From assembly GCA_023898465.1 (NCBI GenBank), contig CP060223.1, positions 32,001 to 96,000 of the forward strand: a DNA stretch of 64,000 bases, written 5' to 3'. Below, in pieces: positions 9,448 through 16,845 of the stretch; the stretch's first letter is position 1; each line of letters starts with the position of its first letter. Under the pieces are notes generated by a model, which did no database searches, was not told the DNA's origin, and saw only the letters and a list, made by a program, of their open reading frames with translations. The DNA is from Candidatus Nomurabacteria bacterium (GTDB taxonomy: Bacteria > Patescibacteriota > Patescibacteriia > HK-STAS-PATE-3). The position numbers and the translations under genes were made by a program.

Positions 9448-9909
9448 TTACCTTTGACTCCGAGCAATTGCTACCGCAAAAATGGCCACCACCGTAAACA
9501 GCGAGAGCAGCATCCAATATCCTAAGCGTTTGCTAATGCTGCCAGCTTGGGTGGATTGTGCGTGATGTAATTGTACGGTGATCACTTGTCCGGCCAGGAC
9601 AGCCTCCATGACGATCAAGCCCATTTTTATGAGAAAGGTGGGAGAGCTCAAGGCCTTAGAGAGATAGGGAATAACTAAGGCGATTCCGCTGAGAATTGTT
9701 ATTCCTGCGATGAAAAAACCTAAGCGTCGAGTTTGTACTAAACGATCTAGTCTCTCTGCACTCAAATTTCGCGGCATGGCCAGGATAACGGTGAAGAACA
9801 CCACACCAAGTAAAAGTCCGGCACCAATGATATGAATAATAACTAGGAGAGTATGTAACATATTGAAACCTAAGAATGAGACGCGTATAGTATAAGGGTG
9901 CTTTTGCAT
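9448..9909 (-). CDS. hypothetical polytopic membrane protein (about 4 TM helices); start uncertain
   Basis: Hydrophobic segments LLVIIHIIGAGLLLGVVFFTVILA, FFIAGITILSGIALVIPYL and WMLLSLFTVVAIFAVAIA. Possible starts at 9942, 9909 and 9861. Confidence 0.5.
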   Translation of the reverse strand: MQKHPYTIRVSFLGFNMLHTLLVIIHIIGAGLLLGVVFFTVILAMPRNLSAERLDRLVQTRRLGFFIAGITILSGIALVIPYLSKALSSPTFLIKMGLIVMEAVLAGQVITVQLHHAQSTQAGSISKRLGYWMLLSLFTVVAIFAVAIARSQR

Positions 9910-9940
9910 GAGTACAAGCAAGCAATAAGGAGGTGTACTC

Positions 9941-10402
9941 ATGGTGATGGCAGTAGGTGCTGCAGTTTCGCTCCTTGAGAGCTTGATTGAGAAAGCGCGA
10001 CAGCAGGGGTGGCTCGTCTATCGTCACGATCTACAATGGGACGATAGCGTCTACGCCCAGATCGTCGATTTCATAGCATCGCTCGGTTCAGCGACCTTGC
10101 CGACGTGTTTGTGCATCCCTATGCATGAGGGTCGGATGCTGCTGGGTATCCCATGTGATGCGGAGCCTGAGATGATTTGTCATCTGCAGTATATGGATGA
10201 TATGGAGCGCGACGTATTGTCCATGCTGCTTGAGGAGCTGGGTTTGCACGAGCACGCGGCCGATCGGACATCCGTAGTGATCCAATTTGCTGTCGATGTG
10301 GAAGTGACCGACGGTCAGACTGTGCGCAAGGAGGTGACACATCGCTGGAGGGTGGCGGACCAGTCTACTTGGGAAGAATGCCTTAGCGACGCTCTTGCAT
10401 AA
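9941..10402 (+). CDS. hypothetical protein, 153 aa
   Basis: Good SD (aaggagg) 8 nt upstream of the ATG. Nothing recognisable in the sequence. GC is somewhat elevated. Confidence 0.5.
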   Translation: MVMAVGAAVSLLESLIEKARQQGWLVYRHDLQWDDSVYAQIVDFIASLGSATLPTCLCIPMHEGRMLLGIPCDAEPEMICHLQYMDDMERDVLSMLLEELGLHEHAADRTSVVIQFAVDVEVTDGQTVRKEVTHRWRVADQSTWEECLSDALA

Positions 10403-10778
10403 AGGGCGTCGTTTGCTTTTCTTGACAGTTTTGGTTATCAGATTTAGGCTAACCTTGAGGCATGAAAGTCTTGAAGGCAGGTGTTCGGCTTGTTCCGGAA
10501 TCACTGACCGAATAGGCAAAAGGGTTGCTCCCAGACCAGTAGCTAAGGTTCGATGTACACGTACATTCCTCTACAGAGAGGTGTTGCGCTAAGTGCGCGA
10601 TTACTACGTGAAACCTCACCCTGCATCTGGGGAGGTGCCGAAGCTCTGGGCGTCACCATTTGGTGTGCGCGGTAGTGTCTCACTTCATGGGGGTCAGCAT
10701 TTCGATGTCTGGCCCCCTTTCCTTTATATACACAAAACCCCGCGTGTGCGAGGTTGTTTGTGTATCACCCTTAGGTGA

Positions 10779-11300
10779 TTAGAGTATTTCCATTTTCACT
10801 ATACGAGCGCCCCATTGCTTAGCTTCTTCTCGTGTGTGCATCCAGATATCGGCGATAGATCCGCCGTAGCGCGCATTCATCCGATCCTCGACCACAAATA
10901 TTTTGTCGCCGTAGACATCGGGGAATCGCACCTGGGTGCCAAAGGGTAAGAGGTTATAGGCAATGATTCCGTCCCGGACATGTGATCCAGATGCAGTGGT
11001 GAATGGATCGCCATCCGTTTGGTCCACCGTACTGGAGTAGGCAGTCAGGGTCAGCCAAAGAGTACGCTTGGCTGGTCGAGCAGGCACATCAGGGAGATGT
11101 CCGCTTGTTTGCGGAGTGGTCAGGAGCGCTTCATCCACGGTGATGCAGCTTGCATCAGGGAGAGCGCTGATGGCAGGTCCGCTGACGTGAGCCATAGCAG
11201 GCTGAGGAAATATGATGTTGATGAGCGCTAGTAAACTGAGAAAAGTGATATGGATTGGCCGCGAGGCTTTCCTCGCAAAGCGTCCAGGAACGTTCGGCAT
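10779..11300 (-). CDS. secreted 3D-domain protein (MltA/RlpA-like cell-wall-associated fold)
   Basis: Signal peptide, then TLTAYSSTVDQTDGDPFTTASGSHVRDGIIAYNLLPFGTQVRF...VVEDRMNARYGGSIADIWM, which is the 3D (three-Asp) domain signature. Confidence 0.7.
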   Translation of the reverse strand: MPNVPGRFARKASRPIHITFLSLLALINIIFPQPAMAHVSGPAISALPDASCITVDEALLTTPQTSGHLPDVPARPAKRTLWLTLTAYSSTVDQTDGDPFTTASGSHVRDGIIAYNLLPFGTQVRFPDVYGDKIFVVEDRMNARYGGSIADIWMHTREEAKQWGARIVKMEIL

Positions 11301-11462
11301 AAGTAATGCTTACTGGTAAGTGGACGGCCCCCCAACGCATCGAATGATGCATCCGTACTCAACAAAAAACAGCTAGAACAAGCTGTCTTGGAGCGAGGCA
11401 CACCTTAGCACGGATAGGTGATTTGGTCAAGCCTTAAGGCCTAAAAAAGTGTGTTTTAGGGC

Positions 11463-12122
11463 CTATTTTAGGGCCTGAAGCACATCTTGCAAATCGAGCA
11501 ATTGGAGCTCCTCACCATATATTTTTCGCTGCACATCAGTGGCATATCCCGAGGCAGCAAAAGAGATAGCTCGAGGGATTTTTTGGGCAATGAGGCTCTG
11601 ATAAAGCTCATTCAGGTCTTGTCGCGTGACTGTTTTTCCCTTTGGAGCACAGTAGACCGGCACCTTTCCTTTATTTGTAGCGAGGAAGAAGTCAGGTGAG
11701 GGCGATGCAGAGGATTGTGGGCTGGGAAGTATTTGAAAACCCTGTTGTGTAAAGAATTTTTGTAGCTCCTTTATCTGTTGGACATCATTCACTTGTTGCC
11801 AAAAGTAAGTTTGCGAGACTTGCTCTTGCTTAACTTCCTTTTGTTGGAGCTCTTTCTCTACTTTATTTGTTCGCCAGGCAGGAGAGAAAAGTCCGAGAAT
11901 TCTTTTTATTTCTCCAATTTGGTAGACAGCCATGTAAAGTCCGATGAGACCACCTGCCATACCAAAGAGGAAAAGGGAAATAGCAATGTTACGGAAGGTG
12001 AAGCCGGCAAAGAGGAGGAGTACCAGCGCCACGAGGATACCAAAGGTCACTCCGGCGATGACGGTCTGGGTGGGGAGGTGGGCTTCTCTTTGCTCCATTC
12101 TTTTTTTGTCGTCCATATGCAT
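11463..12122 (-). CDS. membrane-anchored protein with a C-terminal restriction-endonuclease-like (Mrr_cat / PD-(D/E)xK) domain
   Basis: Two N-terminal TM helices, a coiled-coil Q/K/E stretch, then GFQILPS...DFFLATNKGKVPVYCAPKGKTVTRQDLNELYQSLIAQKIPRAISFAASGYATDVQRKIYGEELQLLDLQDV. This resembles the Mrr catalytic-core pattern (D...(E/Q)xK...T.s.ft..A...A....i.LiDg..L). Confidence 0.4.
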   Translation of the reverse strand: MHMDDKKRMEQREAHLPTQTVIAGVTFGILVALVLLLFAGFTFRNIAISLFLFGMAGGLIGLYMAVYQIGEIKRILGLFSPAWRTNKVEKELQQKEVKQEQVSQTYFWQQVNDVQQIKELQKFFTQQGFQILPSPQSSASPSPDFFLATNKGKVPVYCAPKGKTVTRQDLNELYQSLIAQKIPRAISFAASGYATDVQRKIYGEELQLLDLQDVLQALK

Positions 12123-12217
12123 AGTATACCCGACTCTAGACTACTTGACAGCCACTACAGAAATTCTCTCGAGCCTGTTACAATTTTATTACCTATAAAA
12201 AGAAAGGAGGCTGAATA

Positions 12218-12313
12218 ATGCTTAATCATCGATTAATGGACGACCCAGAAGAGGAAGGTATGGAAGAAGAGGGTATGGACGAAGACATGGGTGACATGGA
12301 CGAGAACGAATAG
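12218..12313 (+). CDS. 31-aa highly acidic Met/Glu/Asp-rich peptide
   Basis: Perfect SD aaaggagg 7 nt upstream of the ATG. Product is MLNHRLMDDPEEEGMEEEGMDEDMGDMDENE. A strong terminator follows. Confidence 0.4.
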   Translation: MLNHRLMDDPEEEGMEEEGMDEDMGDMDENE

Positions 12314-12338
12314 TCCATTCTCCTTCTGGAATCACAAC

Positions 12339-12400
12339 TGCCCCCACACTTCTCATAGTCTGAAAAGGCAAAGAGAGGCGTGGGGGCAGTTTTATTTTTC
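12339..12400 (+). terminator. rho-independent terminator (11-bp stem actgcccccac/gtgggggcagt, then T-run)
   Basis: The hairpin arms are actgcccccac and gtgggggcagt, followed by tttattttt. Confidence 0.5.
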
Positions 12401-12403
12401 CGA

Positions 12404-13237
12404 TTAGTTCGCCGGAAGTATTTCTACACTATCGACCATGCGCTGGTCGTAGTTGTTTCCCTCAGTGGTGATTTCGCCATCTTGCTCATCAGGATTTTTT
12501 GACCAGTAGGTGGCTTCTTGTCCAAGTGACCAGGAAATGACCCGGCCATACTCAGGGGAGTATAAGGTATAGAGTGCTTGGTAATTTTGACATTTCGTTT
12601 CATCAAGACTGAGACCGTCACCAGCAATGCTCACTCGATAGACACCCTCTTGTGAAGCAGGGGTGAGTTCGTCCACCTGACAAGTATCACCATAATACTG
12701 CCTAAGAAAGGCATTCAGTTCATCTTCATTCGCTACCGTCCGACTAATAATATTCCAGCCAATGAAATGAAACTCTAATTGAGGGCTTGTTAGTGAAACT
12801 TTTATACAATCATTAAAGTAGTAGCCAAAAGTATTGTCGTGGTTTTCCTGAATATGCTCATCTTGAAGTAGATAGGTATACTCTGGGGCAATGCGTATTG
12901 TGTTTTCGTGCTGAAAAATTCGGACAGGTGCCTTTGCCCAATCCAGGTATCTTGTTCCATCTTGTTCTTTGCTGCAGGTGGCGCCGTAGTACCACATCGA
13001 TTTTGGGATATCCATAGCAAAGCCCAATCGTTCGTCAGTGTAGCGCCAGAAGTCCGCATCAATTGTTTTGAGTGAGGATCCGGACAATAGGGTGAGTTTT
13101 GTGTCATTGCCTATAGTTACGCTCTGGTCATCATGCGTGCCTGATTGGCCCCAGATAAGTGCTCCAATAATAAGGAGGAGTAGTCCAACTCCAACGACTA
13201 TAGCGACATTACGGGCCTGGCGAAGTTCAGTTTGCAT
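12404..13237 (-). CDS. hypothetical signal-anchored extracytoplasmic protein
   Basis: N-terminal TM helix NVAIVVGVGLLLLIIGALIWG, then a 250-aa Cys-containing soluble domain. No recognisable family. Confidence 0.55.
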   Translation of the reverse strand: MQTELRQARNVAIVVGVGLLLLIIGALIWGQSGTHDDQSVTIGNDTKLTLLSGSSLKTIDADFWRYTDERLGFAMDIPKSMWYYGATCSKEQDGTRYLDWAKAPVRIFQHENTIRIAPEYTYLLQDEHIQENHDNTFGYYFNDCIKVSLTSPQLEFHFIGWNIISRTVANEDELNAFLRQYYGDTCQVDELTPASQEGVYRVSIAGDGLSLDETKCQNYQALYTLYSPEYGRVISWSLGQEATYWSKNPDEQDGEITTEGNNYDQRMVDSVEILPAN

Positions 13238-13266
13238 GGGTGTAGAGGATAATGCTTACGAAATCA

Positions 13267-13311
13267 GTGTAGCATGCTACACTTGTCATGCAGAGAGGGG
13301 CGTGCTACAGT
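13267..13311 (+). promoter_or_regulatory. perfect 16-bp palindrome (gtgtagcatgctacac) abutting a TTGTCA-17-TACAGT promoter upstream of the DEAD-box helicase
   Basis: Palindrome at 13267-13282; -35 at 13283-13288; -10 at 13306-13311. Confidence 0.4.
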
Positions 13312-13349
13312 GGCTTGCCTGCCTCGCAGGACAAGCTTTCCTTATATAT

Positions 13350-14585
13350 ATGTCATCACCAAATCAATCAGGTTTTTACGGCCTACATGTTGCTCCAAAG
13401 TTCTTGGACATACTCGCCCGTCTCAACTTTACTCAACCCACCCCAATTCAACAAAAAGCCATTCCTTTAGCCATTGATGGCAAGGATCTGATTGGTATTG
13501 CCCAGACTGGTACGGGTAAAACCCTGGCTTTTGGCTTACCAATGTTGCAAAACCTTTCTCGGGTGAAGGGGCAGGGTCTGGTCGTGCTGCCGACTCGTGA
13601 ATTAGCCGCCCAGGTAGATGAAACACTACAACGCTTAGGTCGTGGAATTGGCGTGCGTACGGCAATCATCGTGGGCGGCGCTTCTATGGATCGACAAGAG
13701 CGGATGCTGCGTAATCGTCCACACGTCATTGTCGCTACACCCGGGCGTCTGATTGACCACCTTGGTTCAAAGCCAAACCTCTTGCAGCAGGTAAAAATCC
13801 TGGTGCTTGATGAGGCTGACCGCATGCTTGATATGGGATTTGCGCCGCAGATAAATCAGATATTAGAGAAAGTTTCTAAAGAGCGTCAGACCATGCTCTT
13901 CTCAGCCACGATGCCAACCGAGATTGTGAGCATCGCACAGAAGCACATGGCCCTACCAGTGCGGGTTGAAATTGCTCGACCGGGTAGTACGACTGATCAA
14001 GTGGATCAAGAAGTGCTCTTTGTGTCTAAGCGAAATAAGAACGCACAGCTCGAGCGCTTACTTCAGCGCTATCATGGTACCGTGCTGGTGTTTTCTCGCA
14101 CGAAGTGGAATGCAAAGAAGTTGACTCGCGACATTCGTCAGATGGGCCACACTGCAGCTGAGATTCATTCCAACCGCACTCAAGCACAACGTCGGGAAGC
14201 ACTAGATGGTTTTAAAAGGGGTAAGTATCGTGTCCTCGTGGCGACCGACATTGCTGCACGTGGTATTGATGTAAAAAATATCGAGCTGGTGGTGAACTAT
14301 GACCTGCCAAGTACACCGGATGATTATGTGCACCGTATCGGCCGCACTGGTCGAGCCGGCAAGAAAGGCAAGGCTATTTCCTTTGCCATGCCTGAGCAGC
14401 AACGAGACGTGAGAGACATTGAGCGTCTTATTCGGGCCGAGCTGCCAGTGGGAGAGGATTCCGAGCCAGTAGAAAACCTTGGTTTAGCCAAGAAGGAGTT
14501 TCGACAACAGAAACGACATTTCCCTCGTCAGGGCGGTCGACCACAGCGCCCTCATCGACGCTCAGGTTTTCGCCGACGTCGCTAA
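13350..14585 (+). CDS. DEAD-box ATP-dependent RNA helicase with an Arg-rich C-terminal tail
   Basis: Q-motif FTQPTPIQ, AQTGTGKT, DEAD (VLDEADRML), SAT and HRIGRTGRAG motifs. The start is taken at MSSPNQ; the longer ORF would overlap the upstream minus-strand gene. Confidence 0.9.
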   Translation: MSSPNQSGFYGLHVAPKFLDILARLNFTQPTPIQQKAIPLAIDGKDLIGIAQTGTGKTLAFGLPMLQNLSRVKGQGLVVLPTRELAAQVDETLQRLGRGIGVRTAIIVGGASMDRQERMLRNRPHVIVATPGRLIDHLGSKPNLLQQVKILVLDEADRMLDMGFAPQINQILEKVSKERQTMLFSATMPTEIVSIAQKHMALPVRVEIARPGSTTDQVDQEVLFVSKRNKNAQLERLLQRYHGTVLVFSRTKWNAKKLTRDIRQMGHTAAEIHSNRTQAQRREALDGFKRGKYRVLVATDIAARGIDVKNIELVVNYDLPSTPDDYVHRIGRTGRAGKKGKAISFAMPEQQRDVRDIERLIRAELPVGEDSEPVENLGLAKKEFRQQKRHFPRQGGRPQRPHRRSGFRRRR

Positions 14586-14600
14586 ACGAGGAGTATAAAA

Positions 14601-14632
14601 AAACCATTCCACAGCGGAATGATTTTTTTGTG
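14601..14632. terminator. bidirectional rho-independent terminator
   Basis: aaaaaaccattccacagcggaatgattttttt has stem cattcc/ggaatg, flanked by an A-run and a T-run. Confidence 0.6.
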
Positions 14633-14633
14633 C

Positions 14634-14765
14634 TTATTTTTTCTTTCCTCGTCGCTTTTTTGCGAGGGCTTCTAGCATTTGTCGCTTGATCTCCAGACGC
14701 TTCTTTGTTTTGCGTGATTTTGATCGTTGCGGGCGACCGACCGCGTGAGCTCGTTTTGCTGCCAT
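14634..14765 (-). CDS. 43-aa very basic small protein (ribosomal-protein-like composition)
   Basis: SD taaggaaat upstream of the ATG. Product is MAAKRAHAVGRPQRSKSRKTKKRLEIKRQMLEALAKKRRGKKK. The ORF is too short for the supplied track. Confidence 0.4.
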   Translation of the reverse strand: MAAKRAHAVGRPQRSKSRKTKKRLEIKRQMLEALAKKRRGKKK

Positions 14766-14849
14766 AGTATTTCCTTAGGATTAATGCGCACTCGCTATTC
14801 TAGCTGATGAGAGAGAGAAAGGCAAAAAACGAGCGTCGCTTTTATCTAA

Positions 14850-15179
14850 TTATTTTTCCGGAAGTGTTTGTACAAAGCTTAATCCTTGCTCCACCCAGTA
14901 CTCAAGCTGCTTTTTTGTCTTTATTCCCTTAGGTTTAATATTGAGCACGCCCCTCATTGGCCTGCCGGTGAAAAGCATTTCCTGAGCGTGTTTGTGTTTC
15001 AGTAGCTCCGGGTATTTTTCTTTCCCTACTCGGACGACCAGTTTATCTTTGATAATTCCGCAGCATAAATTACCGTTTACCATAATAACCAAACCACCGA
15101 ACATTTTTCGTTCATCAACGTGCGGTACGGTAATAAAAATTTTGTAGAGACGTTCTGCGAGTTTCTCGTCGTAGGCCAT
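14850..15179 (-). CDS. TfoX N-terminal domain protein (competence regulator-like)
   Basis: MAYDEKLAERLYKIF...ERKMFGGLVIMVNGNLCCGIIKDKLVVRV matches the TfoX_N signature. Confidence 0.75.
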   Translation of the reverse strand: MAYDEKLAERLYKIFITVPHVDERKMFGGLVIMVNGNLCCGIIKDKLVVRVGKEKYPELLKHKHAQEMLFTGRPMRGVLNIKPKGIKTKKQLEYWVEQGLSFVQTLPEK

Positions 15180-15337
15180 TATTTTAATTGTACTCCAAAA
15201 TAACGTTTACCGCAGCCATTTTATTAAGTCCAGATTCTTGTCATTATTCTTTCCGTCGGCAAGTTTTGAGTGTTTTTTATGCTAGCTCCCTACTCGATTT
15301 AGGCGATAGGTGAAAAATCTAGCCCGGGGGGTAGAGA

Positions 15338-15466
15338 ATGCAGAAAGTGAAGGTGGAGGGCTTTGTCCGACGGGAGCCGCGCAAGGTGGAGTTGGTCCCA
15401 GGTCAGATAGCTGTGGTACTAGAAAATGGAAGAGGTGGAAAGTTTAGCCTAGCTGTATTAGAGTAG
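15338..15466 (+). CDS. possible 42-aa small ORF directly upstream of the PIN-like gene
   Basis: ggggg precedes the ATG. Product is MQKVKVEGFVRREPRKVELVPGQIAVVLENGRGGKFSLAVLE, which is non-repetitive and GC-rich. It could instead be non-coding. Confidence 0.25.
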   Translation: MQKVKVEGFVRREPRKVELVPGQIAVVLENGRGGKFSLAVLE

Positions 15467-15497
15467 GATTAATAACACCTTGATAAGATAAAGTACA

Positions 15498-16487
15498 ATG
15501 AATATAATACTAGATTCGAATGTGCTGAAGGATAATTATTATCTCAATACACCGAGATTTCAAGCCCTGTTTAGCTATCTAAAAAAAACAAAATCAGAGT
15601 GTTTCATTCCTGAAATAGTAATTTTAGAAACGATAAAAAATTATAAAAGAGATACTGAAGAATACAACAGTATTGTTGATTCCCTAAAGAAGACTAATAG
15701 AGTTTTAGGTCTTAATGGTCCGAACCTTGAAATTAATATGAGCGATATTGTAAATAAGTATGAGCGAAGTATTTATAAAATAATAAAAAAAGTTGGAATA
15801 AAACTAATTCCGACTAAAGACTTGTCAATTTCAATTGATTCAGTTATTTCTCGATCGTTAAATGATATCCCGCCATTTTATAGATCAGGTAGATCAAGTG
15901 ATGTAGGATTTCGAGACTATATAGTTTGGGAGACTGTAAAATTTGTTAATAAAGACTTCGAAGGTAATCTGTGCTTTATATCGAACGATAAAAAAGCATT
16001 CGGACAAAGTTGTGAGTTATTTAGTAGATTAAAAAATGAATCCAACGTTCACTTTTATAACCTATTGGATGAGTTTTTAAATGAATATGCAGAAAAAATT
16101 AATTTTATTAGTGAAGAATACTTGGAGGACTACTTTCGTGAAGTTTTAGAAGATGAAATCCCTAATGTGGTGACTCTTAGCGAGCTACTAGCGACGAAAC
16201 CTGAGAATGAATATATAGATCCTTCTGACATAACTGACTATGAGTTTGATGAAATATCTATTTTGGATTTTTACGTTTATAATGCGACAACAAAATACTA
16301 TTACGTTTTCGTAAGGACAGACTTAATAGTAAGAGCTTATTATCTAAATAGATTAATGCTAGCGGCCGGACTTGATGATGAAGTATCTTCCGATTATTCT
16401 TTTTTAAGGTTCAAGAAATCCTTTTTACTAAGAATTGATAGAAGAACTAAAAGACCAGATCGTTTTCAAAATCATACTAGCAATTAA
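15498..16487 (+). CDS. PIN-like domain protein, 329 aa, in an AT-rich island
   Basis: N-terminus MNIILDSNVL...FIPEIVILET fits a PIN-type acidic core. The remainder is unrecognised. Composition is strongly AT-rich and K/N/I/Y-rich relative to its neighbours. Confidence 0.5.
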   Translation: MNIILDSNVLKDNYYLNTPRFQALFSYLKKTKSECFIPEIVILETIKNYKRDTEEYNSIVDSLKKTNRVLGLNGPNLEINMSDIVNKYERSIYKIIKKVGIKLIPTKDLSISIDSVISRSLNDIPPFYRSGRSSDVGFRDYIVWETVKFVNKDFEGNLCFISNDKKAFGQSCELFSRLKNESNVHFYNLLDEFLNEYAEKINFISEEYLEDYFREVLEDEIPNVVTLSELLATKPENEYIDPSDITDYEFDEISILDFYVYNATTKYYYVFVRTDLIVRAYYLNRLMLAAGLDDEVSSDYSFLRFKKSFLLRIDRRTKRPDRFQNHTSN

Positions 16488-16744
16488 ACTTCTAAGTCCG
16501 CTTGGAAAAACTAGATTTATTTTAAATTATCAACAACCTTATCTATTACGGCCCTTCTTTTCGCTTGCCCATCCAGAGGTCAATAAGGTTTTTCGCATAC
16601 TTAGGTCAAGTTGTCTCACTAACGGGGAGTTTTTTAATGCTTCTTTCATGCTGCGAATGGCAAATAGTATAGCAAATACAATATTGACCAGTACGTTTTT
16701 CTCTGGTATTCTTCCGAGCTGTAACTGAACTTGCACAATAGCGT

Positions 16745-16820
16745 GGTGGCTATAGCACAGTGGTTAGTGCACCGGGTTGTGGTCCCGGTGACATGGGTTC
16801 GAATCCCATTAGCCACCCCA
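16745..16820 (+). tRNA. tRNA-His (anticodon GUG) with encoded G-1 and CCA
   Basis: G-GUGGCUA-UA-GCAC-AGUGGUUA-GUGC-A-CCGGG-UUGUGGU-CCCGG-UGAC-AUGGG-UUCGAAU-CCCAU-UAGCCAC-C-CCA. Confidence 0.85.
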
Positions 16821-16845
16821 GTGTTGTGCAGGTGATGCGAAGACT

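Noticed and set aside
10593-10778. GTG-initiated 61-aa ORF and the neighbouring 10088-10519 / 10395-10592 ORFs
   Set aside because: No SD, they overlap one another, and they lie in a GC-rich gap that behaves like non-coding sequence.
13068-13349. Long N-terminal extension of the DEAD-box helicase ORF from a TTG at 13068
   Set aside because: The extension overlaps the convergent minus-strand gene by 170 nt and is Ser/Pro-rich with no helicase similarity. The Met at 13350 is followed immediately by the conserved Q-motif region.
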